NCBI GenBank assembly: GCA_045642405.1
Contig: JAZUIU010000028.1
Coordinates: 21,856-85,855, forward strand
Reading direction: 5' to 3'
Origin: Oscillospiraceae bacterium
GTDB taxonomy: Bacteria > Bacillota > Clostridia > Oscillospirales > Oscillospiraceae
DNA length: 64,000 bases
Part shown: positions 7,192 to 14,980 of the stretch, piece by piece
How the letters are laid out: each line of letters opens with the position of its first letter
How positions within the stretch are numbered: position 1 is the first letter of the stretch
Notes under the pieces: model-generated
Databases searched by the model: none
What the model was told of the DNA's origin: nothing
Seen by the model: only the letters and a program-made list of their open reading frames with translations
Position numbers and translations under genes: made by a program

Positions 7192-9561
7192 ATGACACTC
7201 AAAGAATTCATCCAAAACCGCATTTTGGTGCTTGACGGCGGTACCGGCACGCTCTTGCAAGCCGCCGGTCTTCCGGCAGGGATGCCGCCCGAAAAATGGA
7301 ATACGGAAAATCCCGATGCCGTCATTGCTTTGCATCAAGCCTATTTTGATGCCGGTAGCAATGCCGTCGTCACCAATACTTTTGGTGTAAATGCACTCAA
7401 ATACAGCGTGAAAGAAATCGAAAAGACGGTTTCCGCGGCAGTTTCTCATGCGAAAAAAGCCGCCGCGCTTTCTTGCGGCGAGCAGGAAAAATTCGTCCTT
7501 TTGGATTTAGGCCCGACCGGAAGACTGCTTGCGCCGTTGGGTGATCTGGATTTTGAAGATGCCGTTGCGGCGTATGTCCCTGTCATTTCCGCCGGTGTCA
7601 AAGCAGGTGCGAACGGCATTTTCATCGAAACGATGAACGATTGCTACGAGACCAAAGCCGCGCTTTTGGCGGCAAAAGAACACTCCGATCTCCCCGTTAT
7701 CGTCTCCAATGCCTATTCTCAGGACGGCCGCTTACTCAGCGGCTCGTCGCCTGCGGTGATGGTGGCGATGCTTGAAGGAATGGGAGCCGATGTGATCGGC
7801 GTAAACTGTTCTTTCGGTCCCGACGGTCTGATGCCCGTCGTCAAAGAATATCTGTCGCTTGCTTCCGTCCCTGTTTTGATGAAGCCCAATGCCGGCATTC
7901 CGAAAGTTACGGACGGCAAAACTGTTTTTGACATCACGCCCGATCAATTTGCCGATGAAATGCGCACGGCGGTGAAAATGGGTGTGCGCTGCGTCGGCGG
8001 CTGCTGCGGTACGACACCCGAACATATTGAAAAAACCGTCTCGGCGATCCGCGACCTCTCCCCCGTCGCCGTGACAAACAAGCAAAAAACCGTGGTCTGT
8101 TCTTCCACGAAAGCAGTCGATTTTGACCGTTATCCCGTCCTCATCGGTGAGCGGATCAATCCTACGGGCAAAAAGCGGCTCAAACTCGCGCTTGCCGAGC
8201 GTGATCTCACTTACATTTTGAATGAAGGCATCACCCAGCAGGAAAAGGGCGCGCACATTTTGGATGTGAATGTCGGCATCCCGGACATCAGCGAAGCGGA
8301 GTTACTGCCGGACATCATCGGCGAATTGCAAAGCGTCTGCGATGTTCCGCTGCAAATCGACACTTCCGACTATACGGCGATGGAAAAAGCCATGCGCCGC
8401 TACATCGGAAAGCCTTTGGTCAACTCGGTCAACGGCAAAAAAGAGAGTATGAACGCCGTCTTTCCTCTGATCAAGAAGTACGGCGGCACCGTTATCGCGC
8501 TCACGCTCGATGAAAACGGCATCCCCGACACAGCGCAGGGGCGTTTGGAGATCGCAAAGCGCATTTTAGCGCGTGCCGAACAGTTCGGCATTGCAAAAAA
8601 CGACATCGTTTTCGACCCTCTTGCACTCACCGTGAGCGCCGACAAAAATGCCGCAATTGTGACCTTGCAAGCCATTTCCCTCATCACCCAAACGCTGGGA
8701 TGCCGCACCTCTTTGGGCGTTTCCAATGTATCGTTCGGTCTTCCCAACCGCGGTGAGATCAATGCCGCATTCTTTACCGCCGCTCTTTATGCCGGTCTCA
8801 CCGCCGCCATAATCAATCCCAACTCCGGTGAAATGATGTTGGCTTATCATACATTCCGCGTTCTCAACGCGCTGGATGAAAACTGTCTTGACTTCATCGC
8901 CTATGCCGAAGGCACCGAAAAAAAAGCGGAAGCGCCGGTTGAAAATACCGCTATGACGCTTGCGCAGGCAATCGTAAAAGGGCTCAAAACAAAAGCCGGT
9001 GAACTCGCCAAATCCATGCTGCAAACGCTCGATGCCATGGAGATCATCAACGCGCATATCATTCCCGCGCTTGATCAGGTCGGCATCGGTTTTGAGCATA
9101 AAACCGTCTTTCTCCCCCAACTGCTGATGAGTGCGGAAGCCGCTTCCTGCGCCTTTGAGCAGATCAAAGCATCCAACACCATTAAACGCGAAAAAAACGG
9201 TATAAAGATCGTGCTTGCGACCGTGCAGGGCGACATTCACGATATCGGGAAAAATATTGTGCGAATGCTTCTTGCCAACTACGGCTTTGAGGTCATTGAT
9301 CTCGGCAAGGATATCAAGCCGGAAATGATCGTCTCTGCCGCCATAGAACAACACGCCGCCATCGTCGGTCTCTCGGCTTTGATGACCACGACTGTTCCTT
9401 ATATGGAAAAGACCATCCGTCTTTTGCGTGCAAAAGCACCCGATGTCAAAATCGTGGTCGGCGGTGCGGTTTTGACGAAGGAATACGCCGAAAAGATCGG
9501 TGCAGACCATTACGCCGTGGATGCAATGGAAACCGTGCGCTATGCCGAGCAATTTCAATAA
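7192..9561 (+). CDS. metH: B12-dependent methionine synthase (Hcy-binding, pterin-binding and cobalamin-binding domains; no C-terminal activation domain)
   Basis: LDGGTGT, GVNCS, GGCCGTTPEHI, IGERINPTGKK, VQGDIHDIGKNIV (B12 DxHxxG motif). Confidence 0.95.
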   Translation: MTLKEFIQNRILVLDGGTGTLLQAAGLPAGMPPEKWNTENPDAVIALHQAYFDAGSNAVVTNTFGVNALKYSVKEIEKTVSAAVSHAKKAAALSCGEQEKFVLLDLGPTGRLLAPLGDLDFEDAVAAYVPVISAGVKAGANGIFIETMNDCYETKAALLAAKEHSDLPVIVSNAYSQDGRLLSGSSPAVMVAMLEGMGADVIGVNCSFGPDGLMPVVKEYLSLASVPVLMKPNAGIPKVTDGKTVFDITPDQFADEMRTAVKMGVRCVGGCCGTTPEHIEKTVSAIRDLSPVAVTNKQKTVVCSSTKAVDFDRYPVLIGERINPTGKKRLKLALAERDLTYILNEGITQQEKGAHILDVNVGIPDISEAELLPDIIGELQSVCDVPLQIDTSDYTAMEKAMRRYIGKPLVNSVNGKKESMNAVFPLIKKYGGTVIALTLDENGIPDTAQGRLEIAKRILARAEQFGIAKNDIVFDPLALTVSADKNAAIVTLQAISLITQTLGCRTSLGVSNVSFGLPNRGEINAAFFTAALYAGLTAAIINPNSGEMMLAYHTFRVLNALDENCLDFIAYAEGTEKKAEAPVENTAMTLAQAIVKGLKTKAGELAKSMLQTLDAMEIINAHIIPALDQVGIGFEHKTVFLPQLLMSAEAASCAFEQIKASNTIKREKNGIKIVLATVQGDIHDIGKNIVRMLLANYGFEVIDLGKDIKPEMIVSAAIEQHAAIVGLSALMTTTVPYMEKTIRLLRAKAPDVKIVVGGAVLTKEYAEKIGADHYAVDAMETVRYAEQFQ

Positions 9562-9580
9562 GTGATTAGAGAAACAAAAA

Positions 9581-9630
9581 GAGCCTTCAATCGCCGAGTG
9601 TTCGTAAAGACACTCGGCGATTGAAGGCTC
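9581..9630. terminator. Perfect 21-bp stem-loop between convergent metH and the XRE gene
   Basis: GAGCCTTCAATCGCCGAGTGT, 8-nt loop, ACACTCGGCGATTGAAGGCTC; the preceding A-tract gives a U-tract on the minus strand. Confidence 0.8.
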
Positions 9631-9631
9631 G

Positions 9632-9874
9632 TTATTCCATTTCCAAAAGCCAGTTGACGGTTACTTTCAGAATTTTTGCCAAAGCGCGCAACTCATAATC
9701 CGCGACAAATCTTGTGCCGATTTCAATGCGTGATACGCTGTCGCGCTCCATCGTGATGCCCATCACTTGCAGTTGTGCCGCGACATCACTCTGCGTCAGC
9801 CGGTGCTTGCATCGCGCCTCATGGATACGATCACCGCAGACATTTTTTCTCCCCTCAAAATCGTATATTTTCAC
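9632..9874 (-). CDS. XRE-family HTH transcriptional regulator
   Basis: RIHEARCKHRLTQSDVAAQL...VSRIEIGTR...LAKILKVTVNWLL; probable GTG start at 9874 with a GGAGG RBS. Confidence 0.85.
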   Translation of the reverse strand: MKIYDFEGRKNVCGDRIHEARCKHRLTQSDVAAQLQVMGITMERDSVSRIEIGTRFVADYELRALAKILKVTVNWLLEME

Positions 9875-9889
9875 AATCTTCGCCTCCGT

Positions 9890-9964
9890 TTGTGTTAATA
9901 ACAAGAATTTATCTTGACATTAGCACACTATTAGGATAGGATTGTGTTAAAGATCAGAATTTAT
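9890..9964. promoter_or_regulatory. Divergent control region: sigma-A promoter (TTGACA 9914-9919, TAGGAT 9937-9942) flanked by two 23-bp direct repeats (candidate operators)
   Basis: TTGTGTTAA-N5-AGAATTTAT at 9890-9912 and 9942-9964. Confidence 0.55.
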
Positions 9965-9981
9965 ACAGAGAGGGGAACACT

Positions 9982-11118
9982 ATGTCTATTGCCGAAATCA
10001 TCAAATACGAAGGGGATAATTCCACCTTCATCTGGAAGCATCCGTGCGAAGATTTCAACTCGCTGACGCAACTCATTGTCCACGAAAGTCAGGAAGCGAT
10101 TTTCTTTATGAACGGGCAGGCACTTGATCTGTTCGGGGCGGGACGCTACACGCTGGAAACGCAGAATATTCCTAAGATCGGAAAACTGCTCAACCGCACG
10201 ACCGACGGAGAAACGCCGTTTCATTGCGAGGTTTATTTCATCAACAAGACCGAGCAGATGTCTCTTAAATGGGGCACGGACAGCAAAGTGCAGTATGTTG
10301 ATCCCACTTACGGCTTTCCGATCTCCATCGGCGCAAGCGGTGAAATGTCACTTCGCGCGGCAGACAGCCGCAAACTGCTTTTGAAATTGGTAGGAACGGA
10401 AAACTATTTGGGGCAGGAAAAACTGATGTCGTTTTTCCGCGCCTTTTTGATGACAAAGGTCAAAACTTACATTGCGCAGGTGATGAAAGCCAATGCCATC
10501 AATATTTTTGAGATCGACGAAAATTTGACCAATTTCAGTGAAAACATACACAAATTGCTCATTCCCGATTTTGCGGATTACGGCGTTTCATTAGAGCGTT
10601 TCTTTGTCACCTCCGTTGTCAAGCCCGACGGCGAGCGTCAGTACGAAAAATTCAAAGAATTGCACTTCCGTCAGTACGCCGACATTGCCGAGGCAAAACT
10701 CCGCCAGCAGACCGATATCATCTATGCGCAGACCGAAGCGCAAAAAGTCGTCATTGATTCGCAGGCACAGGCGACCAAGCGTGCGCAGGAAGGCTACACA
10801 TACGCTCAGGAGCGTGGCTTTGATGTTGCCGAAAAAGTGGCGCAAAACGAGGCAGTCGGGCAATTTACCAATATGGGTGTCGGACTCGGCACGATGGCAG
10901 GTGTCGGCGGTGCGGTCGGCGGTGTGGTCGGTAATGCCGTAAACGGTGCAATGAACGCGGCGGCAGAAACTCCTGCTCCTGCTTCCGCCGCTCCGACAGA
11001 TGATATGGCGGCTTTCAAAGCAAAAATCGAAAAACTGACCGTGATGAAAGATGCCGGACTTATCACCGAAGAAGAGTTTGCAAATATGAAGGCAGAACTT
11101 CTGAAAAGTATTCTTTAA
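9982..11118 (+). CDS. SPFH/Band-7 domain protein (YdjI / 'virion core protein'-like) with a short SHOCT-like C-terminus
   Basis: IWKHPCEDFNSLTQLIVHESQEAIFF.NGQALD.FG.GRYTLET, EVYFINKT, KWGT; coiled-coil; Gly-rich GMGVGLGTMAG; C-terminal LTVMKDAGLITEEEFANMKAELL. Confidence 0.85.
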   Translation: MSIAEIIKYEGDNSTFIWKHPCEDFNSLTQLIVHESQEAIFFMNGQALDLFGAGRYTLETQNIPKIGKLLNRTTDGETPFHCEVYFINKTEQMSLKWGTDSKVQYVDPTYGFPISIGASGEMSLRAADSRKLLLKLVGTENYLGQEKLMSFFRAFLMTKVKTYIAQVMKANAINIFEIDENLTNFSENIHKLLIPDFADYGVSLERFFVTSVVKPDGERQYEKFKELHFRQYADIAEAKLRQQTDIIYAQTEAQKVVIDSQAQATKRAQEGYTYAQERGFDVAEKVAQNEAVGQFTNMGVGLGTMAGVGGAVGGVVGNAVNGAMNAAAETPAPASAAPTDDMAAFKAKIEKLTVMKDAGLITEEEFANMKAELLKSIL

Positions 11119-11133
11119 TGTGAGGGGAAAACT

Positions 11134-11835
11134 ATGAAAAAAGGTTTCAGATCATACACGATCGTTTGGGCGATCCTGCTTGCACTTTTTAATGCCGTTG
11201 TCTTTTTGGTGCGTCCGATCATTCCGGGCTTCACCGTTGTTTACGATGCCCGCTTTTGGGTAGTCTGGGCATTTGTGATTGCTGCGTTTATCGGCAATCT
11301 CATCTGCGCCGATGCCGCGTTCAAAGCGGAAAACGCGGAAAAACTCTTTTACAATGTTCCGCTGATTTCGATCAGTTATACTGCCGTCATTTTGATGCTT
11401 GTTTTCGGCGCGGTGCTTCTGCTGATCCCGAACTGCCCCGGTTGGATCGCCGCCATCGCCTGCCTTGCGATCCTCGCCTTTAACGCCATCGCCGTGGTCA
11501 AGGCATCCGCCGCCGCGGAGGTGGTCAGCAAAACGGGGGAAACAGTCAAAGCACAGACCTTTTTCATCAAATCGCTGACGGTCGATGCCGAAACACTTCT
11601 TGCCAAGGCAAAGAGCGAAGAAGCAAAAGCCGCGTGCGAAAAAGTCTTTGAGGCGATCCGCTATTCCGACCCGATGAGCAATGATGCCCTCGCCGATGTT
11701 GAAAGTCAGATCACGCTGAAATTCAGTGCGTTTTCCGATGCCGTGACCGGCGGTGCGGACAGTATCGGTAATCTCGCGGATGAGGTTGTTGTGCTGATTG
11801 AGGATAGAAATAAGAAATGTAAGTTCTTAAAGTGA
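11134..11835 (+). CDS. Hypothetical membrane protein (about 4 N-terminal TM helices plus a soluble helical C-domain with RYSDP motif)
   Basis: Four hydrophobic segments in aa ~8-125; GAGGGG RBS; co-oriented, with 15-nt and 21-nt gaps to its neighbours. Confidence 0.8.
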   Translation: MKKGFRSYTIVWAILLALFNAVVFLVRPIIPGFTVVYDARFWVVWAFVIAAFIGNLICADAAFKAENAEKLFYNVPLISISYTAVILMLVFGAVLLLIPNCPGWIAAIACLAILAFNAIAVVKASAAAEVVSKTGETVKAQTFFIKSLTVDAETLLAKAKSEEAKAACEKVFEAIRYSDPMSNDALADVESQITLKFSAFSDAVTGGADSIGNLADEVVVLIEDRNKKCKFLK

Positions 11836-11856
11836 TATAAGGAGAGAAAATTACAA

Positions 11857-14526
11857 ATGTCAATCTTCAAGTGTAAAATGTGCGGCGGCACGATAGAATT
11901 TGAGCAGGGAGCGACCGTCGGTGTCTGCGATTCGTGCGGAACGAAGCAAACGCTTCCCCGTCTTGATGACGACAAGAAAGCAAATCTTTACGACAGAGCC
12001 AACCATTTCCGCCGAAGCAATGATTTCGACAAGGCAATGTCGATCTATGAGCAAATCTTAAACGAGGACAACACCGACGCCGAGGCGTATTGGTCGCTCG
12101 TTCTCTGCCGTTACGGTATCGAATATGTGGAGGATCCCTCCTCGCACAAGCGTATTCCCACCGTCAACCGTGCGCAATTTACCTCGATCTTCGCCGATGA
12201 GGACTACAAGTCCGCCCTGCAATACGCGGACGGTTATCAGAAAACCATCTATGAGGACGAAGCGAAAGCGATCGACGAAATACAAAAAGGCATTTTAGAA
12301 ATTTCCTCCAAGGAAGAGCCGTTTGATGTTTTCATTTGCTACAAGGAAACGGATGCCAACGGTCGCCGCACGCAGGACAGCGTTCTTGCCAATGATCTGT
12401 ATCATCAACTCACACAAGAGGGCTTCAAGGTCTTCTTCTCCCGTATCACACTTGAAGACAAACTCGGTACGGCTTATGAACCGTATATCTTCGCCGCGCT
12501 GAACTCCTCCAAAGTTATGGTCGTACTCGGCACAAAGCCCGAATATTTCAACGCCGTATGGGTAAAGAATGAATGGAGCCGTTATCTCGCACTTATCAAA
12601 AACGGCGCAAAGAAAATGCTCATTCCCGCATACCGTGATATGGACCCCTATGATCTGCCGGAAGAATTTTCACATTTGCAGGCACAGGATATGGGAAAAC
12701 TCGGCTTTATGCAGGATTTGATCCGAGGTATCAGGAAAATCATTGAATCAGACGCACCGAAAACGACCGTAAAGGAAACGGTCATTGTCGGTGCCAATAG
12801 TGCCGAAACTGCTCCGCTCCTTGAAAGAGTCTTCCTCTTCCTTGAAGACGGCAAGTGGCAGGATGCCAATATCTACTGCGAAAAGGTTTTGGATATCGAC
12901 CCGAAGAATGCAAATGCCTATCTCGGCAAACTGATGGCGGAATTGCAGGTAACGAACCGCAAAAAATTAGCCGACTGTGCCAAACTGTTTGATGATAGGG
13001 ATAATTTCGCAAAGGTCATCCGCTTCGGCGACGAGGCACTTGAAAAAGAAATGCGCGGGTATATCGCGCAGATCAACGAGCGCAACGAGACGGCGCGCAA
13101 GAATGAAATCTATAACGAAGCCGTCAGCGAAATGACGGCTCGCTCGGAAGAATCTTTCCGTGATGCCGCAAAGGCTTTTGCAAGCATCCCCGGCTTCAAA
13201 GACGCAGACACTCTTGCCGAACAATGCCTTGAAAAGGCGGAGGTTTGCCGCAAGGATGCCGTATATTCTTCTGCCAAGTTAAAGATGAGAGGCGAAAAGG
13301 TCGTTTATTATGAAGAAGCGATCAAAGTATTCCAAATGATTTCCGGTTGGAAGGATGCAGACAAGCAGATCTACGCTTGCCAAAAGAAAATCGAAGAAAT
13401 CAAAGCAAAGGAAGAAGCCGACCGACTGGAAGCCGCGCGCAGAGCCGAAAAAGCGCGGATTGCCGCCGAAGCGGCAAAGAAAAAAGCGATCAAGATCGCC
13501 AAGATTGTGACTCCGATCGTTGCAGCGTGTATCGCGTTTATCATCGTGCTCAATACGGTAATCATACCGACTGCTAAGTACAATGCCGCCATCGCGCTGA
13601 TGAATGAAGAAAAATATGATGAAGCAATTTCTGCATTTGCGGCAATGGAAGGATATAAGGATAGTGTTGAAAAGATTGATTCCTGTAAGTTTGAAAAAGC
13701 AATGAAACTCATTGATTCCGAAAACTATGATTCTGCCTATGCGTTGCTTGAAGAAATCGGCAACAGCGAAGTCATCGCATCAAGTAAATATGACAGAGCA
13801 ATAAAACTCGTTGATTCCGGCGATTATGAGCCTGCTTATATGCTTTTGACCGGGCTGGAATATAAGGATAGCGCCGAAAGACTAAAAAGCATAACGCAGA
13901 TCCTTTTATCAAAAGCAAATGTTGGCGATAAAGTGTTTTTCGGGACTTACGAGCAGGACAACGATGCTTCAAACGGGAAAGAAGAAATTGAATGGATCGT
14001 GCTTGACAAACAGGAAGGCAAAGCGCTGCTTATCAGCAACAAAGCACTCGAAGCGCGCGAGTACCATACGGAATGGGATGATATTACTTGGGAGACCTGT
14101 ACGCTTCGCAAGTGGCTGAATGAAGACTTTTTTTATACCGCCTTTCACGATGCGGAAAGGGCAATGATTGCCGACACATGGGTATCCGCAGATGCGAATC
14201 CAAAATATGCTACCGATCCGGGCAACGCAACGACGGATAAAGTGTTCCTGCTGAGTATCAATGAAGTTGAGAAATATTTCAATAGTGACGAAGCAAGAAT
14301 GTGTGCTCCGACTGCCTACGCAGAAGAACAGGGTGCATATACAAACGATGATTATAGAACAGCAAGTGGCGAAGCCGCGTGCTTGTGGTGGCTCCGGTCG
14401 CCCGGCGGTGCTCAGGATATTGCCGCCTATGTCTTCTATGGCGGCTCGGTCTATTGCTATGGTTACACCGTCAGCCATGGTAATGACTGTGTTCGTCCCG
14501 CTTTGTGGATCAATCTGGACTCTTAA
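11857..14526 (+). CDS. Membrane-anchored TIR-domain protein: Zn-ribbon, TPR, TIR, TPR/helical repeats, TM, repeats, DUF6273-like C-domain
   Basis: CKMC...CDSC; TIR DVFICYK...GFKVFF...IFAALNSSKVMVVL...WVKNEW (E239); TM aa ~550-571 after KKKAIKIAK; GYKDS/GFKDA repeats; C-terminal GDKVFFGTYEQD, IEWIVLD, TLRKWLN, DKVFLLS, WWLRSPG, VRPALWI. Confidence 0.88.
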   Translation: MSIFKCKMCGGTIEFEQGATVGVCDSCGTKQTLPRLDDDKKANLYDRANHFRRSNDFDKAMSIYEQILNEDNTDAEAYWSLVLCRYGIEYVEDPSSHKRIPTVNRAQFTSIFADEDYKSALQYADGYQKTIYEDEAKAIDEIQKGILEISSKEEPFDVFICYKETDANGRRTQDSVLANDLYHQLTQEGFKVFFSRITLEDKLGTAYEPYIFAALNSSKVMVVLGTKPEYFNAVWVKNEWSRYLALIKNGAKKMLIPAYRDMDPYDLPEEFSHLQAQDMGKLGFMQDLIRGIRKIIESDAPKTTVKETVIVGANSAETAPLLERVFLFLEDGKWQDANIYCEKVLDIDPKNANAYLGKLMAELQVTNRKKLADCAKLFDDRDNFAKVIRFGDEALEKEMRGYIAQINERNETARKNEIYNEAVSEMTARSEESFRDAAKAFASIPGFKDADTLAEQCLEKAEVCRKDAVYSSAKLKMRGEKVVYYEEAIKVFQMISGWKDADKQIYACQKKIEEIKAKEEADRLEAARRAEKARIAAEAAKKKAIKIAKIVTPIVAACIAFIIVLNTVIIPTAKYNAAIALMNEEKYDEAISAFAAMEGYKDSVEKIDSCKFEKAMKLIDSENYDSAYALLEEIGNSEVIASSKYDRAIKLVDSGDYEPAYMLLTGLEYKDSAERLKSITQILLSKANVGDKVFFGTYEQDNDASNGKEEIEWIVLDKQEGKALLISNKALEAREYHTEWDDITWETCTLRKWLNEDFFYTAFHDAERAMIADTWVSADANPKYATDPGNATTDKVFLLSINEVEKYFNSDEARMCAPTAYAEEQGAYTNDDYRTASGEAACLWWLRSPGGAQDIAAYVFYGGSVYCYGYTVSHGNDCVRPALWINLDS

Positions 14527-14544
14527 CTCTTCGCACTCGCGCTG

Positions 14545-14890
14545 CCTTCCCCTAAGGGGAAGGCTAAGAGGTAGGAAATTTTTCGGATTACCACATGGGA
14601 GGAGCAAGCCCCTCCCCTACGAATGTTCTATCTGAAATTCCCTCGTTCAAAGAATGGATTCCCACGGCGGCGAAGCCGCCTCGGAATGACGAAGAGTTTT
14701 ACACATCCGAATATTTCGTCATTGCGAGGTGCGCAGCACCGTAGCAATCCGCGTCCCCCTTCCCCTTATGGGAAGGCTAAGAGGTAGGAAATTTTACGGA
14801 TTACCACATGGGAGGAGCAAGCCCCTCCCCTACGAATGTTCTATCTGAAATTTGCCTTTTTCCGCCAATCCCTCCGGTTTTCGCCCCTAC
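14545..14890. repeat. Composite palindromic repeat cluster (REP/BIME-like): two 95-bp direct repeats around an inverted-repeat core
   Basis: Copies at 14545-14639 and 14758-14852 (92/95 identical). Each has CCTTCCCC-N4-GGGAAGG and, on the minus strand, GTAG-GGGAGGGGC-TT-GCTCCTCCC hairpins. The core has GGAATGACGAA/TTCGTCATTGC inverted repeats. A third GTAGGGG end sits at 14884-14890. Confidence 0.8.
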
Positions 14891-14940
14891 AAGGGATGCA
14901 AAAGAGGTAGCGACCTCATCGGTTACATGCGGCTTTATAC

Positions 14941-14979
14941 AAAAATACGCCTTATGTGAGATCACATAAGGCGTTTTTT
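14941..14979. terminator. Bidirectional intrinsic terminator
   Basis: AAAAAT-ACGCCTTATGTG-AGAT-CACATAAGGCGT-TTTTT. Confidence 0.85.
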
Positions 14980-14980
14980 C

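Noticed and set aside
14545-14852. Direct repeats as a CRISPR array
   Set aside because: Only two copies, 95 bp long, a structured 118-bp interval and no cas genes; a REP-like cluster explains it better.
14895-14930. Lysine riboswitch-like AGAGGTAGC
   Set aside because: It is only a local GAGGT/ACCTC hairpin, the rest of the aptamer is absent, and there is no downstream gene on that strand.
9562-14980. TIR block as a prophage, ICE or transposon
   Set aside because: No integrase, transposase, relaxase or phage genes, and no matching att-like direct repeat at both borders was seen.
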